Below are positions 1 to 9,632 of a DNA stretch of 58,554 nucleotides, one piece after another. Made by a program: the position numbers and the translations under genes. The stretch is from contig JBKBRF010000044.1 of assembly GCA_046292385.1 (NCBI GenBank), forward strand, positions 1 to 58,554. The letters run 5' to 3'. Numbering within the stretch: the stretch's first letter is position 1; each line of letters starts with the position of its first letter. The notes beneath the pieces were generated by a model, which did not search any database, was not told where the DNA came from, and saw only the letters and a list, made by a program, of their open reading frames with translations. The DNA comes from Armatimonadota bacterium. GTDB taxonomy: Bacteria; Armatimonadota; SYMT01.

Positions 1-182
1 GGGCAATGCGGCGGCAGCCATGCCTGTAACTCGGTGGAGACCTCGTAGCGCAACCGCCAGTCAGGCACGAAAAAAGGTGGTGGCAGTAATCTGCCACCAC
101 CAACTGCGGAACTTGGGTTAGGCTGAGGCTCTCATTTGAAGTTGTACAGCCCGGCCCACACTCCTCCGCCAGAAACGAGGAA

Positions 183-211
183 GGGAGCGGCCCCGCGATG
201 GAGCCGCTCCC
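183..211. terminator. GC-rich hairpin downstream of gndA
   Basis: GGGAGCGGC...GCCGCTCCC inverted repeat ~150 nt past the gndA stop; no clear U-tract. Confidence 0.4.
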
Positions 212-261
212 CACGGATCGCTTCCTTCTCGTCCAGCTCACGGAAGCACGCCGGAGCCCAA

Positions 262-363
262 GGTCGCCAGCGAGCAGGAGCAAGAGTAAGAGTAAGAGCA
301 GGAGCAGGAGCTTCCGCTTACGGAGGGTTCGGATTCATCCCCCATCCCCCATCCTTCATCCCT
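262..363. repeat. Partial inverted copy of the ~200-nt intergenic element (see 23873, 32392)
   Basis: GAGCAG/GAGTAA hexamer run plus GGAGGGTTCGGATTCATCCC is approximately the reverse complement of 23901-23990. Confidence 0.65.
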
Positions 364-1773
364 TTAGCTCGCCCACTCCGTATGGAAGGTGCCTTCCTTA
401 TCGACCCGCTGGTAGGTGTGCGCGCCGAAATAGTCCCGCTGGGCCTGGATCAGGTTCGCGGGCAGGCGGGCGGTGCGGTACATGTCGTAGTAGCCGAGGG
501 CGCTGCTGAGGCCCATCACCGGGATGCCGAGGCGGCTACCGAGGGCGACCACCTCCCGCCATGCCTCCTGGCTGCTCTCGATGTCGCCGCGGAAGCCTTC
601 GTCCAGCAGCAGGTTCGGGAGCGAGGGGTTGCGGCGGTAGGCCTGGCTGATCCGGTCGAGGAGCAGCGCGCGGATGATGCAGCCGCCCTTCCAGATGCGC
701 GCCATCTCGGCGAGGTCGAGGTTGTAGCCGTACTCTTCGCTCGCCTGGCGGAGCAGCGCCATCCCCTGCGCGTACGAGCAGATCTTGGCGGCGTAGAGCG
801 CCTGCCGCACCAGGTCGATCAGCGTCTGCTTGTCGAACGGCGCGGTCTGCGCGGCGGGACCGGCGAGCACGCTGGAGGCCGCCTCGCGCTCCTGCTTGAG
901 GGAGGAGAGGATGCGCGCCTCGACCGCCGCGTTGATGGTAGGGATCGCCGCGCCGATGTCGAACGCGTTCTGGCTGGTCCACTTGCCGGTGCCCTTCTGG
1001 CCGGCCGTGTCCAGGATCACGTCGACCAGCGGCTGGCCCGTCTCCGGGTCGTTCCGCGCGAAGATGTCGCGGGTGATCTCGATCAGGTAGCTCTGCAGCT
1101 CGCCCTGGTTCCAGTCCGCGAAGACCTCGTGCAGCTCCGCGGCGGAGAGGCCGCCGACCCGCCGGAGGAGGTCGTACGCCTCCGCGATGAGCTGCATGTC
1201 GGCATACTCGATGCCGTTGTGGACCATCTTCACGTAGTGGCCGGAGCCGCCGGGGCCGACGTATGCCACGCAGGGGCCGTCGTCCACCTGGGCCGCCACC
1301 TTCGTCAGGATCGGCTCGAGGGCGTCGTAGGCCTCCTTGCTCCCGCCCGGCATCATGCTCGGGCCGCGGCGCGCGCCCTCTTCCCCGCCGGAGACGCCCA
1401 TGCCGACGAACTGGAGCCCGTGCTCCGCGTACTCCTTCGTGCGCCGCTCCGTGTCGAGGAACCAGGAGTTGCCGGCGTCGATGAACATGTCGCCCGGCTC
1501 CAGGTGGGGCCGGAGCAGCTCCATCTGCTGGTCGACCGCCGGTCCCGCCTTCACCATCACGATGATCCGCCGCGGCCGCTCCACCGCCTGGACCAGCTCC
1601 TCGATCGAGTGGCAGCCCACCAGGTCCGGCCGGGGGTTGCGGGCGAGGAACTCGTCCACCTTGGAGGTGGTGCGGTTGAAGACCGCAATGGGGAAGCCCT
1701 TGTCCGCGATGTTGAGAGCCAGGTTCTCTCCCATCACCGCCAATCCGATCAACCCGACCTGTGCCCGACTCAT
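364..1773 (-). CDS. gndA: NADP-dependent 6-phosphogluconate dehydrogenase (decarboxylating)
   Basis: GLIGLAVMGENLALN, MVHNGIEYADMQ, GQKGTGKWT, QAQRDYFGAHTY motifs; start moved to ATG 1773 (469 aa). Confidence 0.97.
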   Translation of the reverse strand: MSRAQVGLIGLAVMGENLALNIADKGFPIAVFNRTTSKVDEFLARNPRPDLVGCHSIEELVQAVERPRRIIVMVKAGPAVDQQMELLRPHLEPGDMFIDAGNSWFLDTERRTKEYAEHGLQFVGMGVSGGEEGARRGPSMMPGGSKEAYDALEPILTKVAAQVDDGPCVAYVGPGGSGHYVKMVHNGIEYADMQLIAEAYDLLRRVGGLSAAELHEVFADWNQGELQSYLIEITRDIFARNDPETGQPLVDVILDTAGQKGTGKWTSQNAFDIGAAIPTINAAVEARILSSLKQEREAASSVLAGPAAQTAPFDKQTLIDLVRQALYAAKICSYAQGMALLRQASEEYGYNLDLAEMARIWKGGCIIRALLLDRISQAYRRNPSLPNLLLDEGFRGDIESSQEAWREVVALGSRLGIPVMGLSSALGYYDMYRTARLPANLIQAQRDYFGAHTYQRVDKEGTFHTEWAS

Positions 1774-1859
1774 GCCACTGCTCTCCCTCGTCCGCGCTCT
1801 AATCCGGAACGCGGAATTGTAGCGTACATCGGCGGCAGTGCATTCCGGACTGACGCGCC

Positions 1860-2450
1860 CGCCCGTACGGGGGGTAAAAAGGCGCGAAGGAAGGGAAGGA
1901 CGCGAAGGGACCCGTCGGAAAGACACGCCTCGCGAAGACTGCCGCAGTGACGCGCTGGCGGATACTGTTGGCGAAATCGGGAAGCTTCTCCGGGGCCCCG
2001 CTGGCGCGGGGCGCGAAAGCAAGCATTCGCACTCCACAGGCTAGCCCGGATGAGATTCCCTCTCGTCGAGAGGGAGACTGCCTCGGTGCAGTCTGTGGAG
2101 TGCGGTGGCTTGCCACCGTTTCCCCGCCAGGGAATCTCGCCGGAGTGCTTGGCCGCCGGTGATTTTCCTGCCCCGCTGATTTCGCCAACAGTATCCTGGC
2201 GCGGCCCTTCTCCCGGGGCGAAGTCGCAAGCGTCAGAAGGCGGCGCTCACACGAGGGCGGGGGTGAGCTCGCCGGCCCGCGCGCGAGTGAACTCGGCGCT
2301 ACTCAGAGCGAAGCCCGCCTTCGCGGGCTGGGAGTCAGGCTGGTCGTGTCCTCGAAGGGAGCGTCAGGAAAGCCAATCCCCCAAAGACTGCCGGAGTGAC
2401 GCGCTCGCGCGGCCCTTCTCCCGGGGTGAAGTCGCAAGCGTCAGAAGGCG
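1860..2450. repeat. Mosaic of palindromic repeats
   Basis: GGATACTGTTGGCGAAATC (~1960) inverted at ~2177-2197; GCGCGGCCCTTCTCCCGGGG.GAAGTCGCAAGCGTCAGAAGGCG at ~2199 and ~2407; AAGACTGCCG.AGTGACGCGCT at ~1935 and ~2384; GTCTGTGGAGTGCGGTGGCTTGCCACCG (2091) inverted at 14156-14183. Confidence 0.85.
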
Positions 2451-2872
2451 ATGCGGATACGGCGGAATCTCGGCGTGGTGAACTGGACACCCTCATTCGC
2501 GACTCGCAGCTCCGGGTCGTCCAGGCCGGTCTTAGGTTCGCAGCCGATATCCACCCCCGAGGGCTCGTACTTTCGGCACATCGCGAAGCGACTGAAGTAG
2601 GTGAAGTCAAGCTGGCTGGTCGAGAGCACCACCCCCACGTTCCGGACCAGCACGTACTCTTCGATCCTCCCACCGTCACGGATGCGCATCAGGAGATCGC
2701 CGTTCGACTTCCGGTACACACCCGCGGACGGGACCGGCCGGCCATCCATGGTGACCCGCGCTTGCACTCGCAGCCAGAGCAGCGGCTGCAGGAGAACCAG
2801 AGCAGCCGCAGCACACACCACCGCCGCGACCAGCAGCTCCCGCATCCGCCGTCCCGGCATCTTCCTGTTCAC
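2441..2872 (-). CDS. Hypothetical membrane-anchored protein
   Basis: 143 aa, GGAGG RBS before GTG, N-terminal hydrophobic helix. Confidence 0.6.
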   Translation of the reverse strand: MNRKMPGRRMRELLVAAVVCAAAALVLLQPLLWLRVQARVTMDGRPVPSAGVYRKSNGDLLMRIRDGGRIEEYVLVRNVGVVLSTSQLDFTYFSRFAMCRKYEPSGVDIGCEPKTGLDDPELRVANEGVQFTTPRFRRIRIAF

Positions 2873-2976
2873 ACCACCCTCCGCCCGGCGTCCCGCCCCT
2901 ACCTCTTGAATGCGCCGGGAGCTGGACAGGCAGTGCGATTCGAGCGGACGCAGAGGCGCGCACAGGGTAGCCGCGA

Positions 2977-3110
2977 CTCGCCGGCCCGCGCGCGAGTAAA
3001 CTCGGCGCTACTCAGAGCGTAGCCCCGAAAACTTTCGGGGCTACGAACCAGGCTCGTCTTGTCCGCCTCATCCCCCTTCGCGTTCTTCCTTCCCTTCGCG
3101 CCTTCGCGTT
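2977..3110. repeat. REP-like repeats
   Basis: CTCGCCGGCCCGCGCGCGAGT.AACTCGGCGCTACTCAGAGCG also at ~2268-2310; CCCTTCGCG...CCTTCCCTTCGCGCC inverted at ~1881-1909. Confidence 0.8.
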
Positions 3111-3132
3111 CGTTCGAAAGCGACGATCCGAG

Positions 3133-3996
3133 CTACTCCACCTGCCCGCGGATCTTCCGCAGCCCGTCCAGGTTCAGGCGCAGCGCCTCTTCGGCGTCGA
3201 GCTCCTCGCGGTGGCCGAGGATCCCGATCGGGCCGGTGTAGCCGCTCTTCTTCACGATGCGGAGCAGCTCTACGTCCCGGTCGCCCTGGCCGATCGGCAA
3301 GATCTTCGGGCCGTCCTTGCGCATGCCGTTCAGGTTCAGCGCCAGGAGGTGCGGCTTCATCTTCGGCATCAGCTCGGCGAAGCGGTCCACGTGCGGGTGG
3401 CCGTGGTGGAAGTTGTAGACGATGCCGACGTTCGGCCGCTGCAGCCGCTCGATGATGGCGATCTGGTTCTCCGGCTCGCCGTACCAGCCGCCGTGGTTGT
3501 AGAGCGCCACCTTGCAGCCCAGCTTCTCCGCTTCGGCCGCCACCCAGCCGATCGGCCGCGCGGCGAGCTCGATCCGCTGGGCCTGGCTCGCTTCGGCCTC
3601 GGCAACACCGGTGGAGAGCCAGAGCTGGGGCTTCGCGCCCCGGCGACGGAGGAAGTCGAGGATCGTCCGGACGTGCTCCTCCTTCTCCGGCTCCGCGCCG
3701 AACGGGAACCAGAAGGCGTCGAGTGCGACCTGGTGCTTCTGGAGCGCGTCCAGCTCCCGGTCGAGCTGGGGCAGGTGCTCCGCGCGCCAGTCATAGGCGT
3801 AATGGCGGAAGCCGAGCCGCGCCATCATCTCCGCGCGCTCTTCCGGGCCGCGCTTTTTGGCGTCGAACGGGACGATACACCAGGCCATCAGGTTGTCGTC
3901 CGCGAAGAGCTTTCGGCCCTCCTGGGCCGCGTAGCCCGGGAGCGACAGCGCGGCCGCGGAGCCGCCGAGCAGCGCGAGCATCTCTCTACGTTTCAT
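3133..3996 (-). CDS. Tat-exported sugar phosphate isomerase/epimerase-like TIM-barrel protein
   Basis: MKRREML signal; LYNHGGW, VYNFHHGH, YTGPIGILGH motifs; ATGA overlap with upstream gene. Confidence 0.8.
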   Translation of the reverse strand: MKRREMLALLGGSAAALSLPGYAAQEGRKLFADDNLMAWCIVPFDAKKRGPEERAEMMARLGFRHYAYDWRAEHLPQLDRELDALQKHQVALDAFWFPFGAEPEKEEHVRTILDFLRRRGAKPQLWLSTGVAEAEASQAQRIELAARPIGWVAAEAEKLGCKVALYNHGGWYGEPENQIAIIERLQRPNVGIVYNFHHGHPHVDRFAELMPKMKPHLLALNLNGMRKDGPKILPIGQGDRDVELLRIVKKSGYTGPIGILGHREELDAEEALRLNLDGLRKIRGQVE

Positions 3997-6197
3997 CGGG
4001 AGTCCTTCTGTTTGGAACGATTCGGCAGGGCGAAAGCCACGTAGGCGTCTCCCAGCTCTCCCCCCAGCTTGCCGCCGCCGGTGGCGGGGATCACCACGTA
4101 CTGGCGGCCGTTCACCTCATAACTTGCGGGCGGCGCGTAGCCCCCGAACGGCAGCTTACGCGCCCAGAGCTCCCGCCCCGTGGCGGAGTCGAAGGCGCGG
4201 ATCTTGAGGTCTTTCGTGCCGGCGCAGAAGACCAGGCCGCCCGCCGTGGAGAGCGCGCCGCCGAAGTTTTCGGTGCCGGTCTTCGGGATGCCACGCCGGG
4301 TCAGCTCCTCGTGCTCTCCGAGCGGGACTTTCCACGCGATCTTGCCGGTGTTCAGGTCAATCGCGTTCAGCGTGCCCCACGGCGGCTTGCTGCCGGGATA
4401 GCCCTGCTCGTCCAGCAGCCGGTGGAAGCCGAGGAAGGTGTACTCCGGGCGGGAGCCGGGCGGGAGCGCCGGGAGCGGCCGGTCGCGGTCGAAGAGGTAG
4501 TCGAGCAGCGACTTCTCCGCGGCGGGCGCCAGCTCGATCTTCGGGTGCGTGCCGCTGCGGCCGGTCTGCAGCAGCCGGCTCACGTCGGCGTCTTTCATCC
4601 GGTAGTCGAGCGCCAGCAGCGGGGGCGCTACGCCAACCCCCTCCCGCGCCTCGCCGTGGCAGCCGACGCACGACTGCCGGTAGACCGTCTCCCCCGGCGT
4701 GGGCGGCCGGTTCGGGTCGCGCTGCACGGTGCGGGTCTGCGGCACCACCGTGATGATCCACGGCACCTCGTTGGAGCTGACGAAGAGATAGCCGCTGGTC
4801 GGGTCGAACGAGGCGCCGGTCCACTCGCCGCCACCGTGGACGCCGTAGAAGACGGTCGGCCGTCCCGCCTCGAACGGCTCGAACCAGCCGAAGCGGGCGG
4901 TGCGCAGTCTGCTGCTGATGTACTTCCGCGCCTCCGGGGAGAGGTTGGTGACGTCTTCCTTCCGGAACTCCTGGCGGGCGAACGGCTGCGGCAGCTCCAC
5001 GTCCGGCTGGTAGGGCGATGTCCGCTCGCCGGGGAGCTTCGAGGTCGGCGCGCGGCGCAGGCGGAACGGGAAGAGCGGCTTGCCGGTCACGCGGTCGAGC
5101 AGCAGCGTGTTCCCGATCTTGGTGACGGTGGCGACGGCGTCGACTTTCTTCCCGTTCCGCTCCACGCTCACCAGCACCGGCGGCGCGGGGATGTCGAGGT
5201 CCCAGATGTCGTGCCGGATCTCCTGGAAGTGCCAGAGCCGCTTCCCGGTTTCGGCGTTCAGCGCGAGCACGCAGTTGGAGAAGAGGTTGTCACCCCAGTG
5301 GCCGGCGCCGTCGAAGTTCGGCTTCGGAGGGCTGGTGGCGACGTAGACGATGCCCCGCTTCCCGTCGAGGGCGATGCCGCCCCAGCAGTTCGTGCCCTCT
5401 TCCGGCTGATCCCAGGTGTCGTAGCCGAATTCTCCCGGCTTCGGGATCGTGTTGAAGGTCCACAGGTGCTTGCCGGTGTGGAGATCGTAGCCGAAGACGT
5501 CCCGGTGGAAGCCGGCGAAGACGATCACGCTGCGGTAGACCGCCGGCGCCACGCGGAAGTGGCCCGTCCGCGCCTTCCCGCCGCTGCCGAAGCTCTCGAT
5601 CGGCTTTCCGGTCTTCGCATCGAGCGCCCAGAGGTCGTCGCCGGCGTTGAACAGAATCCGGCTCGGGTGTCCGCCCTCACCCCGCCAGTAGGTGAGGCCG
5701 CGGAACGCCGGCTGCCCGCCCGGCTTGAAGCGCCAGAGCTCCTTGCCGGTCTCCGCGTTGACGGCGACCACGTGCTCGCCGACCGTCGGCGCGTACATCA
5801 CGCCGTCGACGATCACCGGGTTGCACTGGATGTTCCCGGCGCCGTCCCCGGAGCGGTAGACCCAGGCGACTTCCAGCTCTTTCACGTTCTCCCGCGTGAT
5901 CTGCGCCAGCGTGGAGTAGCGCGTGCCGGCGTCGCCGCCGTGGGAGCGGGTCCAGTCCTTGCCATTGCGGAGGTCGGACCCATCCCCGGCCGGGGTCAGC
6001 TCGTGCGGCTCCGCGGCGGGGATGACGCGGTACTTCGGCAGGGCGGCGCGCGCGGCGGCGTCCTCCACCTGCTGGTACTCCGCGGCGGAAGGCCCGCTCG
6101 CCCCTTCCGCGGGGCGCTCCCCGCCCTGCAGCCCCGCGCAGACCGCGGCCGTGGCAGCGAGCGGACCGATCAGCTTGAGTCCGAGCCGGTCTTTCAC
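3993..6197 (-). CDS. PQQ-dependent (quinoprotein glucose-type) dehydrogenase with inserted cytochrome c domain
   Basis: PQQ propeller motifs (RYSTLAQI, WHFQEIRHDIWDLD, PPWGTLNAIDLNTG, YEVNGRQYVV); CVGCH heme motif; true start GTG 6197 overlapping the upstream stop (GTGA). Confidence 0.9.
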   Translation of the reverse strand: MKDRLGLKLIGPLAATAAVCAGLQGGERPAEGASGPSAAEYQQVEDAAARAALPKYRVIPAAEPHELTPAGDGSDLRNGKDWTRSHGGDAGTRYSTLAQITRENVKELEVAWVYRSGDGAGNIQCNPVIVDGVMYAPTVGEHVVAVNAETGKELWRFKPGGQPAFRGLTYWRGEGGHPSRILFNAGDDLWALDAKTGKPIESFGSGGKARTGHFRVAPAVYRSVIVFAGFHRDVFGYDLHTGKHLWTFNTIPKPGEFGYDTWDQPEEGTNCWGGIALDGKRGIVYVATSPPKPNFDGAGHWGDNLFSNCVLALNAETGKRLWHFQEIRHDIWDLDIPAPPVLVSVERNGKKVDAVATVTKIGNTLLLDRVTGKPLFPFRLRRAPTSKLPGERTSPYQPDVELPQPFARQEFRKEDVTNLSPEARKYISSRLRTARFGWFEPFEAGRPTVFYGVHGGGEWTGASFDPTSGYLFVSSNEVPWIITVVPQTRTVQRDPNRPPTPGETVYRQSCVGCHGEAREGVGVAPPLLALDYRMKDADVSRLLQTGRSGTHPKIELAPAAEKSLLDYLFDRDRPLPALPPGSRPEYTFLGFHRLLDEQGYPGSKPPWGTLNAIDLNTGKIAWKVPLGEHEELTRRGIPKTGTENFGGALSTAGGLVFCAGTKDLKIRAFDSATGRELWARKLPFGGYAPPASYEVNGRQYVVIPATGGGKLGGELGDAYVAFALPNRSKQKDSR

Positions 6198-7486
6198 GCG
6201 AGGGCTCCCGTTCCGGCCGGGGCCGCCATCCGGCCCGCCTTGATCTCGCCGCCCTGGATCACCGCGAGGAAGCGCGAGCGGTCCTCCAGGATGCTGATCT
6301 CCGCGAGCGGGTCGCCGTCGACCAGCAGCACGTCGGCGAGCTTGCCCGGCTCCAGCGTGCCGAGCTCGTCCGCGCGGTCCATGATCTCCGCGCCGGTCTT
6401 CGTGGCGCAGGTGATCACCTCCAGCGGGGAAAAGCCGACGTGCTGGACGAAGAAGGTCAGCTCCTTCGCGTAGGTGCCGTGCGGGTTCCAGGCGAAGCCG
6501 TAGTCGCCGCCCATCCCCAGGCGCCCGCCCGCCTTCAGAATCTTCCGGGCGCTCTCCGCGCCGCCTTCCAGCGTCTCCTGGTGGCCGTCGATCACCGCCT
6601 GCGGCATCCCGACTTCCGGCCCGTGGACCACGCTGGCGTACTCGAACTGGAGCGCCGGCACCACCGGCACGTCCCGCTGCAGCAGCAGGTCGAGCGCCTC
6701 GTCGTCCATAAACGTGCCGTGCTCCAGGGTGTCGTACCCCGCCCGCAGCGCGTTCTTGATCCCCTCCGTGGCGCGGCAGTGGCCGGTCACCTTCATCCGG
6801 TGGTTGTGGGCGGTGCGGACCACCGCGTGCATCTCCTCGAACGTCATGCAGAGCGTGTGGTGGTCGTTCGTGTCCGGGGCGGCGGCATCGCCGGTCGGGT
6901 AGGTCTTCACCCACTCCACGCCGTCCTTCACCAGCTTGCGCACCGCGGCCCGCGCCTCGTCCGGGCCGTTCACCAGGAGCACCAGGCCCTCCATGCCGAT
7001 CTTGCGAAAGTCCGGGTTCCAGTCCATGAGCCCGCCGACGCCGCAGATCTCGCGACCGCTCGCCGAGAGGCGCGGGCCGAGCGTGACCCCTTCGTCGATC
7101 CCCTTCTTCAGCCAGACGTCGATGTTGAACAGGCTCCCGCCGCTCCGCGCCGCCGTGTAGCCGCACTCCAGCGCCAGGCGGGCGTTGTTGGCGGCGAGGA
7201 GCGTGACGTACTCCACCGGGTACTTGATGTCGAGGTCTTCCAGCGCCGCCACGTTGAAGTAGGTCGGGTGGAAGTGCGCCTCCACCAATCCGGGCATGAT
7301 CGTGCCGCCGCGGACGTCGATCTGCCGCGCGCCCGCCGGCAACTCCGGACACCCCGCCGCGGGGCCCGCGTACTCGATGCGGCCGTCCCGGATCACGAGC
7401 GCCGCATCCGGCACCGGCGGGGCGCCGGTCCCGTCCACGAGCTGACCGTTGGAGATCAGCGTCACCCCCGTCGCAGTCTTCATCAC
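6194..7486 (-). CDS. Metal-dependent amidohydrolase (prolidase-like)
   Basis: PGLVEAHFH, WVK, GHC, LEHG, GGD metal motifs; GTLEPGKLADVLLVDGDP. Confidence 0.9.
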   Translation of the reverse strand: MMKTATGVTLISNGQLVDGTGAPPVPDAALVIRDGRIEYAGPAAGCPELPAGARQIDVRGGTIMPGLVEAHFHPTYFNVAALEDLDIKYPVEYVTLLAANNARLALECGYTAARSGGSLFNIDVWLKKGIDEGVTLGPRLSASGREICGVGGLMDWNPDFRKIGMEGLVLLVNGPDEARAAVRKLVKDGVEWVKTYPTGDAAAPDTNDHHTLCMTFEEMHAVVRTAHNHRMKVTGHCRATEGIKNALRAGYDTLEHGTFMDDEALDLLLQRDVPVVPALQFEYASVVHGPEVGMPQAVIDGHQETLEGGAESARKILKAGGRLGMGGDYGFAWNPHGTYAKELTFFVQHVGFSPLEVITCATKTGAEIMDRADELGTLEPGKLADVLLVDGDPLAEISILEDRSRFLAVIQGGEIKAGRMAAPAGTGALA

Positions 7487-7632
7487 TCGTCTCCTTCAGG
7501 CAGCGCAGGGACCAGGTGCCAGGGATCAGGGGCCATTCCTGAACCCCTTCGTTCGACACGCCACCCTGTAACCCTTCAGCCTTCGAACCTGCAGCAGCAA
7601 CTTCGCACCAGACCGTATTCGCACTCTCCGGC

Positions 7633-7725
7633 CGCCCTGGAGGGGCGGCAGACGATAGCCGGGGGTAAAGCGGAGCGCAACCCCCGGATTCAAGTCTCGC
7701 CATCTCCTCCGCCCTGGAGGGGCGG
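7633..7725. repeat. REP-doublet-like element
   Basis: CGCCCTGGAGGGGCGG x2 flanking a CCGGGGG...CCCCCGG hairpin; inverted copy at 11354-11446. Confidence 0.8.
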
Positions 7726-7747
7726 GAGGACCCTCCACCTCCACCAT

Positions 7748-8617
7748 CTATGCCCCAATCGGCTCCAGCGACTCGAGAAACGGCAGCACCTGCAGCAGGA
7801 GCCGCTCCGGCTGCGACCAGTGGATCAGGTGCCCCACTCCCGGAAACTCCACCCGCACGCAGTCCGCCGCCAGCTCCACCAGGCGGTCGGAATCGAAGCT
7901 GGAAAGCATCCCCCCGGCATCGGGGTCGCCCGCCAGCAGCAGCGAGGGGCAGCGCAGCCCGCGCATCACCGTCTCCACCTCGTAGCCGTCCAGCCAGCGG
8001 CTCTCCACGATCGGGTCGAGCACGGCGGGATCGAGCCGCTGCAGGCAGCGTGCGGAGAACCGGAGCTGGGGAGCGTCCCGCAGGTCGCCCAGCCGCACCG
8101 TCCCGCCGCCCGGGCGCGGAAGGCGGATCTCCGCCAGCTCCGCCGCGAGCTCCCGCACCGGCCGCGGACCCCGCGCCAGCGCCCGGCGCATTCCCATGAA
8201 CTGCGCCAGGAACGGCGTGTACTGGATGCGGCTGCCCATCGTCTCGAACGGGGGGTCCTCCAGCACCACGGCGCGGACCCGCTCCGGCACCGAAGCGGCG
8301 GCGGCGCACGCCACCATCGCCCCGAGCGAGTGGCCGTAGATCACCGCCGGCTCCTCCACGGGGCCGCGGAGCAGCGCCACCACGTCCTGGACGTAGTCGG
8401 CCACCCGGTACGCCGCCCCGGCGCGATCGGAAGCGCCGTGGCCGCGGAAATCGAGCGCGTAGATCCGCCACCGGGCCGCCAGCGCGGGCAGGATCGGCAG
8501 GAAGTCCTGCCAGCCGCGGACGACTCCATGCAGGAGCACCAGGGGTGGTCCGGAAGGGGCGCCGGCGGCGTAGGAGAGCGTCAGCTCGCCGGAATGGAAA
8601 CTCTGCTCGGTAAACAC
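7748..8617 (-). CDS. Alpha/beta-fold hydrolase
   Basis: LVLLHG, DFRGHG, GHSLG nucleophile, GVGHLIH. Confidence 0.9.
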   Translation of the reverse strand: MFTEQSFHSGELTLSYAAGAPSGPPLVLLHGVVRGWQDFLPILPALAARWRIYALDFRGHGASDRAGAAYRVADYVQDVVALLRGPVEEPAVIYGHSLGAMVACAAAASVPERVRAVVLEDPPFETMGSRIQYTPFLAQFMGMRRALARGPRPVRELAAELAEIRLPRPGGGTVRLGDLRDAPQLRFSARCLQRLDPAVLDPIVESRWLDGYEVETVMRGLRCPSLLLAGDPDAGGMLSSFDSDRLVELAADCVRVEFPGVGHLIHWSQPERLLLQVLPFLESLEPIGA

Positions 8618-8795
8618 GGACCCTCCCCCTACCGGGGTGCTTTCAGCGCTAGCTGCAAGCCATATCCGGCAAGTAGGCCCGTGTATCCTGCCCCGTTGTC
8701 GCCACCGGCCGCTCCGCTCGTACGCGACGACGGGGAGAGAAGCCCTGTTACCGGCTCCCCTCCCCGTCAGCCATTCCGTTACGCCGGCGGCGCGC

Positions 8796-9401
8796 TTACA
8801 TGTGGAAGCGGCCGTTGTAGCGGCGGAAGGCGTCGGTCACCGACTCGCGGCTCAGCGCGGTCTGCGACAGGTCGACGCCGACGTACACGCCGCCGCGCTC
8901 CACCTCACCCGCGTAGTAGTGGGCCTCGTCCTCGCTCAGACCCCACGCGGAGAACGCGCCCGCCAGGGCGCCGGAGGTGGCGCCCACGATAGCGCCCGCG
9001 GCGGCCATACCGCCCGCGGCACCCAGCGTTTCCGCCAGGGCACCCGCGGCGACGAAGGGGGCGAGACCCGGGATGGCAAATGCGGCGAGGCCGAAGAGCG
9101 CGCCCACGCCGGCGCCCACACCCGCGCCGATCAGCGTTCCCTTTCCGGTATCCTTCGCGGTATCCTCGCCATCAGCGTGCTCGGCCATGTCGCCGGTGGC
9201 GGCATACTGGTCGCCTCGGCGGGAGACGACGGAGATCGCCCGCTCCGGCACGCCGTTGTCCCGCAGCCAGTCGACGGCGCGGTTCGCATCGTCGCTATCG
9301 TTGAAGACCGCCGACACGATGTCGAACGAGGTGCTCCGTGTCTCGTCGTAGTCCGTCGTATCGTAAGCCTGCGTCCGCGACGCGTAATTCAGGTCAGACA
9401 T
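8796..9401 (-). CDS. General stress protein-like membrane protein (glycine-zipper helices)
   Basis: AVDWLRDNGV..ISVV, GAGVGAGVGALFG, GLSEDEAHYY..VERGG; strong AGGAGG RBS. Confidence 0.75.
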   Translation of the reverse strand: MSDLNYASRTQAYDTTDYDETRSTSFDIVSAVFNDSDDANRAVDWLRDNGVPERAISVVSRRGDQYAATGDMAEHADGEDTAKDTGKGTLIGAGVGAGVGALFGLAAFAIPGLAPFVAAGALAETLGAAGGMAAAGAIVGATSGALAGAFSAWGLSEDEAHYYAGEVERGGVYVGVDLSQTALSRESVTDAFRRYNGRFHM

Positions 9402-9632
9402 CCTTCTCCTCCTCCTGGGCTGTCTCGCCCATCTGCGGCGCGTCGAGTCATCTGCGCGCCAGCAGACCGGTGCGATTCTTCCCGGCGGACAGGGCCGAGA
9501 AACCCAGAGGAGAAGGCGCCCGCAGGCTAACGGCCTTGAACGGCTACAGGCCGGCAGGCAGTGGCCGTGTCCGGATGGCGGACCTGCCAGGCACAGACCT
9601 ACACCCTACCCCCTAAACGCTACACCCTGCGA

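Noticed and set aside
3993..8471. 1492-aa ORF suggesting a giant fusion
   Set aside because: The part upstream of 6197 is an Arg/Gly/Pro-rich off-frame read over two real genes; the dehydrogenase starts at GTG 6197.
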